From a secondary endosymbiont of Trabutina mannipara (GTDB lineage: Bacteria > Pseudomonadota > Gammaproteobacteria > Enterobacterales > Enterobacteriaceae): 32,000 bases of DNA. Both the position numbers and the translations under genes were made by a program. The stretch covers positions 180,001 to 212,000 of the forward strand of contig NZ_LT594522.1 of assembly GCF_900090215.1 (NCBI RefSeq). The letters run 5' to 3'. Below, one piece after another: positions 30,774 through 32,000 of the stretch. The notes below the pieces were generated by a model, which did not search any database, was not told the origin of the DNA, and was given only the letters and a program-made list of their open reading frames with translations. The first letter of the stretch is position 1. The number at the start of each line of letters is the position of its first letter.

Positions 30774-31901
30774 ATGGCTAAATCAGACTACTACAAGATT
30801 TTAGGCATTTCAAAGAATGCGGAAGATCGTGAAATTAAAAAAGCCTATAAAAGACTGGCTATGAAATTTCATCCAGATCGTAATCAAGGCAATACAGAAG
30901 CTGAAGCAAAATTCAAAGAAATTAAAGAAGCCTATGAAGTTTTAGCAGATGCGAAAAAACGTGCTGCTTATGATCAATATGGTCACTCAGCTTTTGAACA
31001 AGGTAGTATGGGTGGAGGTAGTGGAAGTTCTAGCGGAACAGATTTTAGCGAAATATTTGGTGATGTATTTGGTGATATTTTTGGCAGTAGCCGTCGTCAA
31101 AGAACTAAACGTGGATCAGATTTACGCTATGATATAGAGCTTTCTCTTGAAGAGGCAGTGCGCGGTGTAACACGGGAAATCCGTTTTCCTACTCTAGAAG
31201 AGTGTGATATTTGCCATGGCAGTGGTACTAGAAAAGGAACCTCTGCAGTACGTTGTCCTACTTGTAATGGGCAAGGTCAGATACAAATACGCCAGAGTTT
31301 TTTTTCGGTACAACAGACATGTCCTAATTGTCAAGGACAAGGTAAGATCATTAAATATCCTTGTACAAACTGTAACAGTAATGGAAGAGTAGAAAAAGTT
31401 AAGACTATTTCTGTAAAAATTCCTGCTGGAATTGATACTGGTGATCGTATTCGTCTCTCAGGAGAGGGAGAAACTGGTGAGCATAGTGCTGCTGGAGATT
31501 TATATGTGCAAGTACAAGTACGTAAACATCCTCTTTTTAAAAGAGAAGACAATGATCTTTACTGCGAAGTACCGATTAATTTTGCTATGGCAGCACTAGG
31601 AGGAGAAATAGAAGTTCCGACACTTAACAGCCGTGTTAAGTTAAAAATTCCAGCAGAAACGCAGACTGGTAAATTATTTCGCATAAGGGGAAAAGGAGTA
31701 AAATCGGTTCGTGGAGGATCTCAAGGAGATTTACTTTGTAGAGTAGTTGTGGAAACTCCTGTTAAACTTTCTGAACACCAGAAAAAATTGCTACATGAGC
31801 TTGAAAAAAGTTTTCAAGGTTCAATAGGCTATCAAAATAGTCCACGATCAAAAAACTTTTTTGACGGTGTTAAAAAATTTTTTGATGATTTAACCAGTTA
31901 A
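30774..31901 (+). CDS. dnaJ: co-chaperone DnaJ (Hsp40)
   Basis: 375 aa. J-domain with HPDRN, a G/F-rich linker and four zinc-finger repeats ([32 protein letters not shown]). The fourth repeat deviates from CxxCxGxG. Confidence 0.97.
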   Translation: MAKSDYYKILGISKNAEDREIKKAYKRLAMKFHPDRNQGNTEAEAKFKEIKEAYEVLADAKKRAAYDQYGHSAFEQGSMGGGSGSSSGTDFSEIFGDVFGDIFGSSRRQRTKRGSDLRYDIELSLEEAVRGVTREIRFPTLEECDICHGSGTRKGTSAVRCPTCNGQGQIQIRQSFFSVQQTCPNCQGQGKIIKYPCTNCNSNGRVEKVKTISVKIPAGIDTGDRIRLSGEGETGEHSAAGDLYVQVQVRKHPLFKREDNDLYCEVPINFAMAALGGEIEVPTLNSRVKLKIPAETQTGKLFRIRGKGVKSVRGGSQGDLLCRVVVETPVKLSEHQKKLLHELEKSFQGSIGYQNSPRSKNFFDGVKKFFDDLTS

Positions 31902-32000
31902 ATATTAACTTTTTAGAAACTATTTTTAGATTACCTAGTACAATACCGTTGATCTAAATGAAACTAGTTATTAGTTGTTATTGTTGTTTTTGTTATTACT

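Noticed and set aside
30547-31552. ORFs 30547..30774(-), 30949..31137(+), 31204..31392(+) and 31331..31552(-)
   Set aside because: They are alternative-frame or antisense ORFs within dnaK and dnaJ and have no independent support.

Overview
No candidate for a novel multi-gene system (defence, secretion, toxin-antitoxin, mobile element, CRISPR) is visible. Every ORF over about 100 aa is a recognisable housekeeping orthologue, so the interest here is genome erosion. The window is AT-rich (roughly one-third G+C by eye), and its proteins are close orthologues of Enterobacterales housekeeping genes. It looks like a host-restricted or endosymbiotic gammaproteobacterium at an intermediate stage of genome reduction; I cannot name the organism from sequence alone.

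Content:
- 23 apparently intact CDS: leuS 3' end, holA, ydiY, glnS, eno, lepA-lepB-rnc-era, acpS, priA, rpmE, rplY, ibpA-ibpB, glyQ-glyS, mutS, lon-clpX-clpP, dnaK-dnaJ.
- 3 tRNA genes: Ser-UGA, Pro-GGG, Thr-CGU.
- 4 gene relics: lipB, lipA and fldA pseudogenes, and a 31-codon aceE stub.

Observations worth a second look:
- Ancestral synteny blocks have collapsed by clean deletions. Genes missing from their usual slots are lptE, nadD through ybeD (including mrdAB), fur/chiPQ, recO/pdxJ, yejHLM, tig and hupB.
- Lipoate synthesis, pyruvate dehydrogenase and flavodoxin I have decayed together.
- There are many perfect 9-22 nt tandem duplications, almost all in spacer or pseudogene DNA.
- Heat-shock and proteostasis genes are clustered, with recognisable but AT-drifted sigma-32 promoters.
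- The ibpA leader has a possible SD-sequestering hairpin.
- The clpP leader has a CTAG-rich 30-bp dyad.
- None of the three tRNA genes encodes CCA.
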